A DNA stretch of 64,000 nucleotides from Pseudomonadota bacterium (lineage in GTDB: Bacteria; Pseudomonadota; Gammaproteobacteria; Burkholderiales; Thiobacillaceae): NCBI GenBank assembly GCA_040757575.1, contig JBFLXA010000012.1:4707-68706 (forward strand). Direction: 5' to 3'. A model generated the notes under the pieces. The model was not told the origin of the DNA. It did not search any database and was given only the letters and a program-made list of their open reading frames with translations. A program made the translations under genes and the position numbers. Each line of letters starts with the position of its first letter. Position 1 is the first letter of the stretch. Below, piece by piece: positions 49,074 to 58,300 of this stretch.

Positions 49074-49081
49074 GATGGGGC

Positions 49082-49510
49082 TTACTTCACCAACGTGACG
49101 GGAATTTCAGAGAGATGCAGCACTTTCATTGCTACGGACCCCAGCAACAACCCCCCCAGGGCGGTGCGGCCGTGGCTGCCCATGATGATCTGGTCGCAGC
49201 CCAGGTCCTTGGCAAGGGCGGTGATACCGGGTGCCACCTCTCCCTGGATGATGTGTTCCGTGACGCATAAGCCGGCTTCATGAAGCACGGTGCGGGCTGG
49301 TGAGAGGGAGGCTTCCCCCCAGTCCCGTTCCAGGGTTGCCAGTTCCTCCGGCTTCAGCAGGCGGCGCACCATCCAGTCGTCCCCCGGGGCCTGGACGTTG
49401 ACCAGGTGGATATCCAGACCGGGCACCGAAGCGGCGATGCCGGCCACGTGGCGGGCAGCCCGCACGGACCCCTCTGAACCATCAACAGGTAGCAGGATTT
49501 TGCAGGGCAT
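49082..49510 (-). CDS. universal stress protein (UspA family)
   Basis: ILLPVDGS N-terminus and C-terminal GSHGRTALGGLLLGSVAMKV ATP-binding motif. Confidence 0.85.
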   Translation of the reverse strand: MPCKILLPVDGSEGSVRAARHVAGIAASVPGLDIHLVNVQAPGDDWMVRRLLKPEELATLERDWGEASLSPARTVLHEAGLCVTEHIIQGEVAPGITALAKDLGCDQIIMGSHGRTALGGLLLGSVAMKVLHLSEIPVTLVK

Positions 49511-49534
49511 GGTGAGGCCTCTTATGCGGATGGG

Positions 49535-50035
49535 CTAGACGCCGCCGCTATGGACGGTTTCGTAATATATCTTTTCCAGTTCCAGCTTGTGTTTGGTTTC
49601 CTCGCTGGCCAGGTACTGGAACAGTTCCTGGATGGGGCCGGCCGGGGTGGTCCGGGCGAGTTCGCCATAGTGGCTCATGGCCGCGTGCTCCCGCCCCATG
49701 GCATAGCGCAGCACCGTCTGGTCGTCCGGGTTGTCGCCCAGGTCCGGCAGGTGCAGGCAGTCGGAGAACTTGCTGTCGCTGGCCGGGCGCTGGATTTCCG
49801 CCTTCACCTGGTCGGCGATGTCCGTGCGTCGGGCCAGGGCGCCGAACAGGTCGTAGTGCCGCTGCTCCTCCTCGGCCAGCTCCTCCACCAGATAGCGGAT
49901 GCGCTTGCTGACCTTGGGAATCAGGGCCGTGTAGAAATCCCGGGCGGTTTCCTCGAAATGGGTGGCGACCTCGAGGATCTCCTTCAGGCTGGTCTTGCCG
50001 CGCAGGCGTTCGATGCCATGGCTACCTTCTGTCAT
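49535..50035 (-). CDS. rubrerythrin/ferritin-like di-iron protein
   Basis: Two ExxH motifs (EEEQRH, SEETKH) in a four-helix-type sequence. The start overlaps the upstream stop (ATGA). The ATG lies internal to track ORF 49535..50203. Confidence 0.75.
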   Translation of the reverse strand: MTEGSHGIERLRGKTSLKEILEVATHFEETARDFYTALIPKVSKRIRYLVEELAEEEQRHYDLFGALARRTDIADQVKAEIQRPASDSKFSDCLHLPDLGDNPDDQTVLRYAMGREHAAMSHYGELARTTPAGPIQELFQYLASEETKHKLELEKIYYETVHSGGV

Positions 50036-51831
50036 GCGTTTGCCTCCTGTGGAACCAATACCGCGTGGATGCTGGCAGCGATGCGATGGCCGTCCGCCAC
50101 CGCGTGCACCACATCCGGCCCGGCCACGCAGTCTCCGCCTGCCCAGAGCCAGGGCTCGGAGGTGCGGCCGTCGGCGTCGATCCGGATGCGGCCCCGGTTC
50201 CATTCCAGTCGTTCAGTCAGGGCGTCCCCCAGCAAGGACGTGTCGGCGAACTGGCCAATGGCCTCGATCACCGTGTCGCAGGCATGGATGGTTTCGTCGC
50301 CATCGTCATAGCGGGGGGCAAAGCGCCTGTTCTCGTCGAAGATGGACAACACCTTCCAGGTCTTCAGCCCCACCAGTTTTCCCTGGGGGTCGATTACGCA
50401 GCCCTGGGGGCCGCAACGGTCCCGGATGACCACGCCTTCCTCCAGGGCCTCCTTGATCTCGTCCGGGTCCGCCAGGAAGTGTTCCTGGTCTTCCAGGGCG
50501 GTCACCACCACGTCCACCTGGCCGTACTGCACCTTCTGCATGCGGGCCAGGGAGCGGGCGATGTCCATGGCCACGTTGCCACCGCCGATGACCACGGCGC
50601 AGTGGGGCAGCTCGAAGTCTTCGTTGGCGGTGATCCGGTGCAGCAGGTCCACGGCCCGGTAGACCTTCTCGTGCTCCGAGTTGGGGATGCGGGTCTGGCG
50701 GCCCTGTTGCAGGCCGATGGCCAGGACCACGGCGTCGTGGTCCTGGCGAAGCTGGTCCAGGGATACATCCACGCCGATGCGGCAGTTGTAGCGGATATCC
50801 ACCCCCATGGAAACGATGACCGCCACGTCCTGGTCCAGGGCGCTGTAGGGCAGGCGGTATTCCGGGATGCCGTAGCGGGTCATGCCGCCAGCGTGGGCGC
50901 TGGCCTCGAACACGGTGACGGCGTGGCCCAGGCGGGCCAGGTCGAAGGCGGCGGTGAGGCCCGCCGGGCCGGCGCCGATGATGGCCACCCGCTTGCCCGT
51001 GGCCGGGGCGGGGCCGCCGATGAGGTCCGGGATTCGGTCGAAGGGCACCTGGTCCACGATGTGCCGCTTCAGCCAGCGGATGGCGATGGGGTCCCCCTCG
51101 TGGCGGGCGGCACAGGCGTCCTCGCACTTGTGGGTGCAGACCCGGCCGCACACCTGGGAGAAGGGGTTGGTCTCGTAGAGCAGCTTCAGGCCCCGCTCAT
51201 AGTCGCCGTCGCGAATCGCGGCGATGTACTGGGGCACCGCCATGTGGGTGGGGCAGGTGGCCACGCACAGGCCACAGGCCACGCAACGGTCCGCCTCCAG
51301 GGCCGCCTGCTCCCGGGTGTAGCCGTGCACGATCTCCTTGAAGTTGTCGATGCGGTCCTGTGGATGCATCTCGCCCATGGGGATGCGGTACTGGCCCGTG
51401 AGGCGATGGTCTTCCGGGCGGCGGTAGCCCAGGGGCAGGGTGTTCCACTCCAGCTTGTCCACCCCGGGGGTGAAGCGGAAGGCGTCCGGGTCGCTTTCCA
51501 CCCACTGGTAGGCGTTGGACATGGTGAGGGACTGGGTCATGCACACGTCCACGCACAGGGCGCACCAGCAGCAACGGCCGTAGTCGATGCGGGGCCGCAG
51601 GCCCGAGTCGCCGGACTTGGTCTCGATGCCCGCCACCGGCAGCATGTCGATGGCCCCGTTCTGGCAGATGGTCTCGCAGGTGCCGCAGCCGATGCACTTG
51701 GCGATGTCGTTCTGGTGGAAGCCCCGGTAGCGGGGGGCCGCCTGGCGGTTCAGGGGGTCTTCAATGCTGACCGGGTCCCGGAACAGGTGCTTCCAGGCGG
51801 TGAAGGGGGAGAGGAGGTCCTTGACGCTCAT
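50032..51831 (-). CDS. fusion protein: NuoI/HycF/MbxN-like 2x[4Fe-4S] subunit + GltD-type NAD(P)H-dependent FAD oxidoreductase
   Basis: N-terminus has CIGCGTCETIC and CCWCALCVDVC (NuoI-like). Then the GltD N-domain (RCVACGLCVATCP, NPFSQVCGRVCTHKCEDAC), FAD fold RVAIIGAGPAGLTAA and a second Rossmann fold VVIGGGNVAMDIA. The true ATG at 51831 lies internal to the 912-aa track ORF. Confidence 0.85.
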   Translation of the reverse strand: MSVKDLLSPFTAWKHLFRDPVSIEDPLNRQAAPRYRGFHQNDIAKCIGCGTCETICQNGAIDMLPVAGIETKSGDSGLRPRIDYGRCCWCALCVDVCMTQSLTMSNAYQWVESDPDAFRFTPGVDKLEWNTLPLGYRRPEDHRLTGQYRIPMGEMHPQDRIDNFKEIVHGYTREQAALEADRCVACGLCVATCPTHMAVPQYIAAIRDGDYERGLKLLYETNPFSQVCGRVCTHKCEDACAARHEGDPIAIRWLKRHIVDQVPFDRIPDLIGGPAPATGKRVAIIGAGPAGLTAAFDLARLGHAVTVFEASAHAGGMTRYGIPEYRLPYSALDQDVAVIVSMGVDIRYNCRIGVDVSLDQLRQDHDAVVLAIGLQQGRQTRIPNSEHEKVYRAVDLLHRITANEDFELPHCAVVIGGGNVAMDIARSLARMQKVQYGQVDVVVTALEDQEHFLADPDEIKEALEEGVVIRDRCGPQGCVIDPQGKLVGLKTWKVLSIFDENRRFAPRYDDGDETIHACDTVIEAIGQFADTSLLGDALTERLEWNRGRIRIDADGRTSEPWLWAGGDCVAGPDVVHAVADGHRIAASIHAVLVPQEANA

Positions 51832-51833
51832 GG

Positions 51834-53009
51834 CTATCTCTCTATCTCCGGCGGATAGGTATGCAGGGACACCATCAGCGCAGCCACATCCGAGATGTTG
51901 AGCCCCACGATCATGCGTTCCAGCAGGGCCATGGCGTGGGTGTAGGAGGGCCCCCGCACGTTGACCCGTCTGGGGTAACCTGAGCCGTCCGTCACCAGGT
52001 AGTAGCCGTACTCCCCCCGGGAGCATTCGCCCCGCACGTAGGTCTCGCCCCGGGGGATCTTCCAGTGCAGCATGCTGGGCATGGGGGCCATGACCGGGCC
52101 GTCCTTGGGCATCCTGCTCAAAATCTGGCGGATCAGGTCCACGGACACCAGGATGTCCCGGCGGCGCACGTCGGCCCGGGTGTAGATGTCCGAGTCCTGG
52201 CCGATGACGGGTTCCCAGTCCAGTTGGTCGTAGACCAGGTAGGGGGCGTCCCGGCGCACGTCCTTCGCCACCCCTGCGGCCCGGGCGTTGGGGCCGGTGA
52301 TGCCGTACTGGTCCAGCCAGGCGGGGTCGATGACCCCCAGGCCCACGGTGCGCCGTTTGAACACGGCGTTGCAGAACATCACGTCCCACACGTCCTTGAG
52401 GGTGCGCTCCACCTCCAGCAGGGTTTCCTCCATGCGGCCGGCGAAGCCGTCGGGCAACTGGTCCCGCACGCCGCCGGGCATGATGAACATGTGGTAGATG
52501 CGGGCGCCGGTCATCTCCTCGAAGCGGTCCAGCATCAGGTCCCGGGCATAGGTGGTCCACTGGCCGATGACCCCCTGGCCGATGGCGCCGGCCTGGCCGC
52601 CCAGGTACATGAGATAGCTGTTGATGCGGCCCATCTCCAGGATCAGGGCGCGGATCCAGTTCGCCTTCTCGGGGACTTCCACCCCGGCCAGTTCCTCCAC
52701 GGCGGCGGCATAGCAGTATTCGTTGAAGTCCGGTTCCGGCACGCAGATGCGGCAGACGATGGGAAAGCACTGGATGAAGGTGCGCCGCTCCATGAGCTTT
52801 TCGAAGCCCCGGTGCAGGTAGCCCACATGGGTCTTGCCCTCCACCACCTCGTCGCCGCAGACGGTGAGTTCCACCGACATGTTGCCGGTGATGCCCGGGT
52901 GGTTGGGGCCCTGCCAGAGCTTCAGGTATTTGCCCGAGGTGAGGTCGATGTCCAGGCTGCCGTCAGGCTTCATCGCCGGGTACTGGGAGCGGTCGGGGGT
53001 GTAGGTCAT
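51834..53009 (-). CDS. NuoD/HycE/MbxL-like large subunit lacking most NiFe-ligand cysteines
   Basis: GPNHPGITG, GYLHRGFEKL and other NuoD/group-4 blocks. The N-terminal site reads CRICVPE instead of RxCGxC. The C-terminus reads YPPEIER instead of DPCxxC. Confidence 0.85.
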   Translation of the reverse strand: MTYTPDRSQYPAMKPDGSLDIDLTSGKYLKLWQGPNHPGITGNMSVELTVCGDEVVEGKTHVGYLHRGFEKLMERRTFIQCFPIVCRICVPEPDFNEYCYAAAVEELAGVEVPEKANWIRALILEMGRINSYLMYLGGQAGAIGQGVIGQWTTYARDLMLDRFEEMTGARIYHMFIMPGGVRDQLPDGFAGRMEETLLEVERTLKDVWDVMFCNAVFKRRTVGLGVIDPAWLDQYGITGPNARAAGVAKDVRRDAPYLVYDQLDWEPVIGQDSDIYTRADVRRRDILVSVDLIRQILSRMPKDGPVMAPMPSMLHWKIPRGETYVRGECSRGEYGYYLVTDGSGYPRRVNVRGPSYTHAMALLERMIVGLNISDVAALMVSLHTYPPEIER

Positions 53010-53030
53010 GGGCGGCGCTCCGCGCAACGC

Positions 53031-53150
53031 TTCCCCTCCCCCCCGGGGGGAGGGGCCAGGGGAGAGGGAGAGTCGGTGGCATGGTGTGAGGACTGTCGTG
53101 GCGCAACCGTCTTGCCCTCTCCCCAGCCCTCCCCCAGAGGGGGAGGGAGC
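53031..53150. repeat. REP-like element, family A (two units) inside the operon
   Basis: CCCCTCCCCCCCGGGGGGAGGGGCCAGGGGAGAGGG and CCCTCTCCCCAGCCCTCCCCCAGAGGGGGAGGGAG between the NuoC-like and NuoD-like genes. Confidence 0.8.
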
Positions 53151-53183
53151 GTGGTGCCGCGTCTGGTGATGGCTGGGTTCATG

Positions 53184-53726
53184 TCACGCTTTCCCGGGAT
53201 AGAGCTGCTGCTTCATGTAGGTCTCCGGGTCCCGGGTCTCCCGGCCGGGCCGCTGGGCGTAGCTTTCCCGGGCGTACTTCAGGGTGTCGAAGTCGCGGCG
53301 GTAGGGGGGAATGTCGTTCCAGCCCTCCAGGATGAATTCCTCCTCCACCCGGGGGCTGCCTGGGAAGGCGATGCCGAACATCTCCCGCAGTTCCCGCTGG
53401 TAGGTGGCGGCCGTGGGCCACAGGTCGTGGATGCTCTCCATGGTGGTGTCGACCCGGGGCAGCAGCACCCGCAGGCCGATGTCCTGGTTCGCCGTGCGAT
53501 TGTTCAGCAGGTAGGTCAACTGGAACTGGCCGTCTTCAAGCCAGTCCACCGCCGTCAGCAGCACCAGATGTGTAAACCCCTCCAGGTCCCGCAGGTGCAG
53601 CAAGGCCTGGCGCAGGTATTCCGCCGGCAGGGTGACGAAGACCAGATTGGCGCGCTTCTCGGTCATCTCGCCGAGCGGGAAAAGAGCCTTCAGGCGGTCG
53701 TGGAGGTCATGCATGCCGTTATTCAC
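53184..53726 (-). CDS. NuoC/MbxK-like subunit
   Basis: NuoC 30-kDa-type blocks (LLTAVDW, WPTAATYQRELREMFGIAF). Confidence 0.85.
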   Translation of the reverse strand: MNNGMHDLHDRLKALFPLGEMTEKRANLVFVTLPAEYLRQALLHLRDLEGFTHLVLLTAVDWLEDGQFQLTYLLNNRTANQDIGLRVLLPRVDTTMESIHDLWPTAATYQRELREMFGIAFPGSPRVEEEFILEGWNDIPPYRRDFDTLKYARESYAQRPGRETRDPETYMKQQLYPGKA

Positions 53727-53736
53727 GTCGTCCTCG

Positions 53737-54402
53737 TCACCAGTTGTAATCCGGCATGTCCCAGTCGTGGATCACCTGCTTCTGGTTGGCCTTGTACCAG
53801 GCGAACTTCTCCGCGTACTGGTTGGCGCCTTCCGCCTTGCCGGCCCGGATCAGCTTCTTCAGGTCTTCGAAGCCCAGCAGCAGGGCCTCGGGGCGGGGCA
53901 TGCAGCCGGTGATGTAGAGGTCCACGGGCATGTACTGGTCCAGGCACTTGATGGTGTTGTAGGAATCCCAGTACATGCCGCCGTTGATGGTGCAGGAGCC
54001 CAGGCCCACCACGTACTTGGGGTTCTGCATCTGCTCGTAGGCGCGGATGGCCCGCTTCAGGGTCTTGGTGGACAGGTAGCCGGAGATGACCAATAAATTT
54101 GCCTGGCGGGCCGTGGGCCGCCACTGGATGCCGTAGCGGTAGGCGTCGAAGCGGGGGGTCATGAGGGGGCGCATCTCGATGGCGCCGCAGCCTGTACCGA
54201 AGCCCAATATCCACAGGGAATTGGCCCGGGCCCAGTTGAAGAAGTCCTCGACGATCTTCAGGTAGGCGCCGTGCTGCACCGTGGGGGGCGCGTCGCAGAA
54301 GTAGTCCTTGAGGGGCTCCACTTCGAATTCCACCCCGTCCGGCCCCTTCACCTTGCGGGGCATCAGCTCGGGTTTGATGAAATGCATCGGGTCGCGCTTC
54401 AT
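53737..54402 (-). CDS. NuoB/MbxJ-like small subunit with ~55-aa N-terminal extension
   Basis: GFGTGCGAIEM, GLGSCTINGG and ITGCMPRPE correspond to NuoB cluster-N2 motifs. Only one Cys is present where NuoB has CC. Confidence 0.85.
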   Translation of the reverse strand: MKRDPMHFIKPELMPRKVKGPDGVEFEVEPLKDYFCDAPPTVQHGAYLKIVEDFFNWARANSLWILGFGTGCGAIEMRPLMTPRFDAYRYGIQWRPTARQANLLVISGYLSTKTLKRAIRAYEQMQNPKYVVGLGSCTINGGMYWDSYNTIKCLDQYMPVDLYITGCMPRPEALLLGFEDLKKLIRAGKAEGANQYAEKFAWYKANQKQVIHDWDMPDYNW

Positions 54403-54412
54403 TTTCTCGTCC

Positions 54413-55318
54413 TCACACCAAGACTATGGCCAATACGCCCAGGGGCAGGCCCCAGATCATGAACCAGCGGATGGACTGCTCCACCCGGAAGCGGGGAAAC
54501 ACCACACCCACGAACACCGACACCATGTAGATGCAGAACACCTTCAGGAAGAACACCGGCCAGCTGGCCGCGCCGCCGAAGAACAGGTTCATGTAGATGA
54601 CGATCTTGGCAATCGGGAAGATGGCCCGGTTGGTCTGCATCAGGGCCAGGTAGGAGGAGTGGTACTCCGTGGGGGGGCCGATGGGGATTTCCTGGGGGGC
54701 GAGCACCACGTCGAAGGGGGGACGCATCATGGACCCCAGGAAGCCGATCATGGCCGCCGCCACTGCCACCGGGTTGGTGAACAGGGTCCAGTTTTCCACG
54801 CCTCCCTGCTGGGCGGCGACGATGTCCGTCACCGACAGGGTCTGGTATTGCAGGGCCACGGCGAACACTGCCAGGGCGAAGGGCAGTTCCGCCATGCTTA
54901 CTTGCGACAGGCCCCGGGTGATGCCGATGGCAGAATGGGGATGGCCGGATTCCGCCGCCCCCAGGGCCATGCCCAGGGTGCCGAAGAAGACGAAGTACAG
55001 GGCCAGGATCAGGTCGCCGGCAAAGGACAGGTTGGAGAACATTTCCGAGCCGTAGATCGTCGGCACGAACAGCAGCAGCCCCACGCCGCCGGTAAGGCGG
55101 AACACCGGTCCCAGGTAGAACATGGCGCCGTGGGTGATGGAGGTGCGCAGGCCGTAGTTCTTGATCAGGTCCGCGTAGTTCTGCCAGATGGGAATGCCGT
55201 GGCGCCGCCCCACCCGGGCGCCGATCTTCTGGATGAAGGCCCCCAGCAGCATGCCGTAGTTCACCACGATGAACAGGGTCAGCAGGGCGTAGGGAATCTG
55301 GATCCACTGGAATTCCAT
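54413..55318 (-). CDS. NuoH/HycD/MbxM-like membrane subunit
   Basis: About 8 TM helices and the conserved loop RPPFDVVLAPQEIPIGPPTEY. Confidence 0.8.
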   Translation of the reverse strand: MEFQWIQIPYALLTLFIVVNYGMLLGAFIQKIGARVGRRHGIPIWQNYADLIKNYGLRTSITHGAMFYLGPVFRLTGGVGLLLFVPTIYGSEMFSNLSFAGDLILALYFVFFGTLGMALGAAESGHPHSAIGITRGLSQVSMAELPFALAVFAVALQYQTLSVTDIVAAQQGGVENWTLFTNPVAVAAAMIGFLGSMMRPPFDVVLAPQEIPIGPPTEYHSSYLALMQTNRAIFPIAKIVIYMNLFFGGAASWPVFFLKVFCIYMVSVFVGVVFPRFRVEQSIRWFMIWGLPLGVLAIVLV

Positions 55319-55321
55319 GGT

Positions 55322-58300
55322 TTAGAACCCCACGAAGAAAACGATGACCACGAAGGCCAGGAAATGGAAGGCGTAGTGCTGGCCGTTGCCGTCGTAAAGA
55401 CGCCGGCCCAGGTCGCCGGCGGTGTGCAGCAGGTCGGTGACGGTGCCCCAGAAGCGGGTGACGAAGGGCTGGGTGAGAAAGCCCATGGCCTTGCGGTAAG
55501 GGGCGTAGAAGTTCCAGGCGAAGTGGGTGGTCTCGGGCCGGTAGGGACGCTCGGCGGAGAAGACGATGTTGAACTGCTTCACCATCTGGGCGCGGCGGTT
55601 CACGAACAGCAGCCAGGCGAACAGGGTGGCGAAGATGACGCCGACGATGATCATGATGGCTACCGGGTTCCAGTAGCCATACTGGCTGGTGATGAGCCCG
55701 CCCTCCCATTGCAGGGCGCCGGTGGGGAAGAAGGTGCTGATGTAGGCGTCCACCTGGCGCAGGGCCAGGCCGGGCACCACGGCGAACACCAGCAGCATCA
55801 CCACGAACAGCATTTGCGGCACCACGATCCAGAAGGGGGCTTCCTTCACCCGGCGAAGTTCGTCCTTCAACTGGCCCAGAAAGATGGTGTGGATGAGGCG
55901 GAACAGGTACAGGAAGGCGATGGGCCCGGCCATGAACAGGATCACCATGGGCAGGCGGCTGTCGTGGTCCATGATGGCGTTGTAGAAGATCCAGCGGCCG
56001 CCAAAGCCGGACAGGGGCGGCACCCCGGACATGGCGATGATGCCGATCAATACGGCGATGAAGGACAGGGGCATGAGCTTGATGAGGCCCCCCATGCGGT
56101 ACATCTCCCGGGTGCCGGTACGCTTGGCCACGCCGCCCACCGCCAGGAAGAGCATGGACTTGTAGATGAAATGGTTGATGACGAACAGCAGGGCCATGAG
56201 CCAGCCCAGGTGGTTCATCAACGCCAGACCGAACAGGGCATAGCCCATCTGGCCGATGGAGGAATAGGCCAGGAGGCGTTTCGCGTCCTCCTGGAAGATG
56301 GCGAGCAGGTTGCCCAGGAGGGCGGTCAAGGCCCCCACCCAGAGCAGGGCATGGGTCAGGTCCACGCCATACAGGGTCTGGGGGCCCAGGGTCATGAGCA
56401 GCACGAACAGGCCGAACAGCCCGGCCTTCAGCAGGATGCCGGACACCAGGGGCGATACGTCGGTCTCCGCCTCGGCGTGGGCGCCGGGCAGCCAGATGTG
56501 CAGGCCGATGGCGGCGGTCTTGGTCATGAATCCCAGGGCGAGGAGCAGGAACACCCAGGGGGCGATGGGCTCCACCAGGTCCACCAGGTCCACCAGATAC
56601 AGGTTGGGCACCCCGGCACCGGCCGCCGCCAGGGCAAACCCCGCCAGGATGAGGAAGGCCCCGCCCAGGGAGAACACCATGTAGGACAGGGCGTGGGGTT
56701 CGGATTCCTTGCCCCGCAGGATGAGGAAGTAGGACCCCAGGGTGAGCAGTTCCCAGGCGGCGAAGAAATGGAAGGCGTCCTGGGCCTGCACCAGCATCAC
56801 CAGGCCGGCGAACATGAGCAGGGTGGCGGGGTAGAAGCCGATGCGCCGGCCGTGGGCGTGGTAGCTGGCCAGCAGGGTGATGGCCCCGCCCAGGGTGAAG
56901 ATCAGGGCGAAGATCAGCCGCAGGGGGTCGTAGTCGTCCCAGGTCAGCAAGAAGAAGCCCACCAGGCCGCCAATGGCCAGGGTGTTCTTCACCCAGGCGG
57001 GCAGCCAGTCCAGCAGCAGGAAACCCAGGGCAAAGAGCAGGGGCAGGGCCAGCAGCAGGTTGCTCCGGCCGAACAGGCCGGCCGACAGGTCGCCCCACAG
57101 CCAGGCCAGGGCCCAGGCCGCGGCCAGGGCAGCGAGGACGGGGAGGGCCTTGTGGGCCGGGCAGGTCGGCGATGTTGCCGGGGCCTCCCGCTTCAGGGCA
57201 TAGCCGAACCAGCGGAACAGGTAGCCCGCCTCGATGAGGGCCCCCAGCAGCACCAGGGCCAGGAGGGCCAGGCGGCCTTCCCGGGCCAGCACCTGGGCCA
57301 GTTCCCACTTGGCGTAGAAGCCGGGGAAGGGGGGCAGGCCGGCCAGCAGGGCAATGAAACAGGCGAAGGCGAACAGGAGCAGGGGACGCTTGGCCAGGGC
57401 GGCCCAGTCCGTGAGCTGCCGGCCCGCCACCAGGCCGGATAGCCAGAACAGGCCGGCCTTGGCCACGGCGTGGGAGACCAGGATGCCGAAGGCGATGAAG
57501 GGGGTGGCTTCCCCCAGGATGTCCCGCTGGCCCAGCACCGCCAGCACCAGGCCGGTCTGGGCGATGGAGGAATAACCCAGCAGGCGCCGGTCATTCTTCT
57601 GGGGCAGGGCCAGGATGTTGGCCGCCACGAAGGTGGTGATGCCGATGCCCGTGGCCAGGGGCAGCCAGGCGCTGCCGCCCACCAGCAGCAGCTTGTCCAC
57701 GGCGTACAGGGCGGCGGCACCGGTGGCGGCAGAGAACAGGGCCGAGAAGCCGGGATGGGCGGATTCGTAGATATCCAGGGCCCAGCCGTTGGCGGGGAAG
57801 GGCTTCAACTCCGCCACCAGGGCCAGGAAGATGAAGAAGAAGGCCAGGCTGCCCCCCTGGGTCAGGCCCAGGTTGGCCGCGGCCATGCCGTCGATGTTGA
57901 GGGTGCCGGTGGCGTGGTAGGCGAAGATGATGCCCACCAGCAGCAGCACGGAAATGAACTGGGACACCAGCAGATACTTGAAGCCGGCCCCCAGGGCCCG
58001 CTCGTCCCGGGACAACAGCACCAGGCCGGCGGTGGAGATGACCGCCAGCTCGAAGAACACGAACAGGTTGAACAGGTCCCGGGTGAGGAGGATGCCGCCC
58101 AGGGCCATGACCGCCACCAGCAGCACCGCCATGGCCCGGCGACCCTGGCCCAGAAGGGCGTCCTTCAGGTGCAGGGCGGTGAACAGGCCGGTCAGGTTCA
58201 CCAGCAGGGCCAGGGCGGCTTCCTCCAGGCCGAACCGCAGGTTGATGGCGAAGGGGGGCGGCGTGCCGGCGGTGAAGATCTCCTGGGGCGGGGCGCCTTC

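Noticed and set aside
51832-52770. Upstream 313 codons of the 912-aa track ORF 50032..52770
   Set aside because: This part lies over the NuoD-like gene in a different frame and is Arg/Pro/Gly-rich. The real protein starts at MSVKDLLSPF (ATG at 51831), immediately after the NuoD-like stop. N-terminal over-extensions were trimmed in the same way for ORFs 8524..9195, 21233..22363, 22255..22941, 37887..38873, 42183..42488, 44553..45533, 49535..50203 and 62336..63826.
54308-57442. 1044-aa plus-strand ORF and 969-aa minus-strand off-frame ORF (54399..57308) over the antiporter genes
   Set aside because: Both overlap strongly supported membrane-subunit genes. They translate to Gly/Pro/Arg/His/Gln-rich low-complexity sequence, so they are shadow ORFs.
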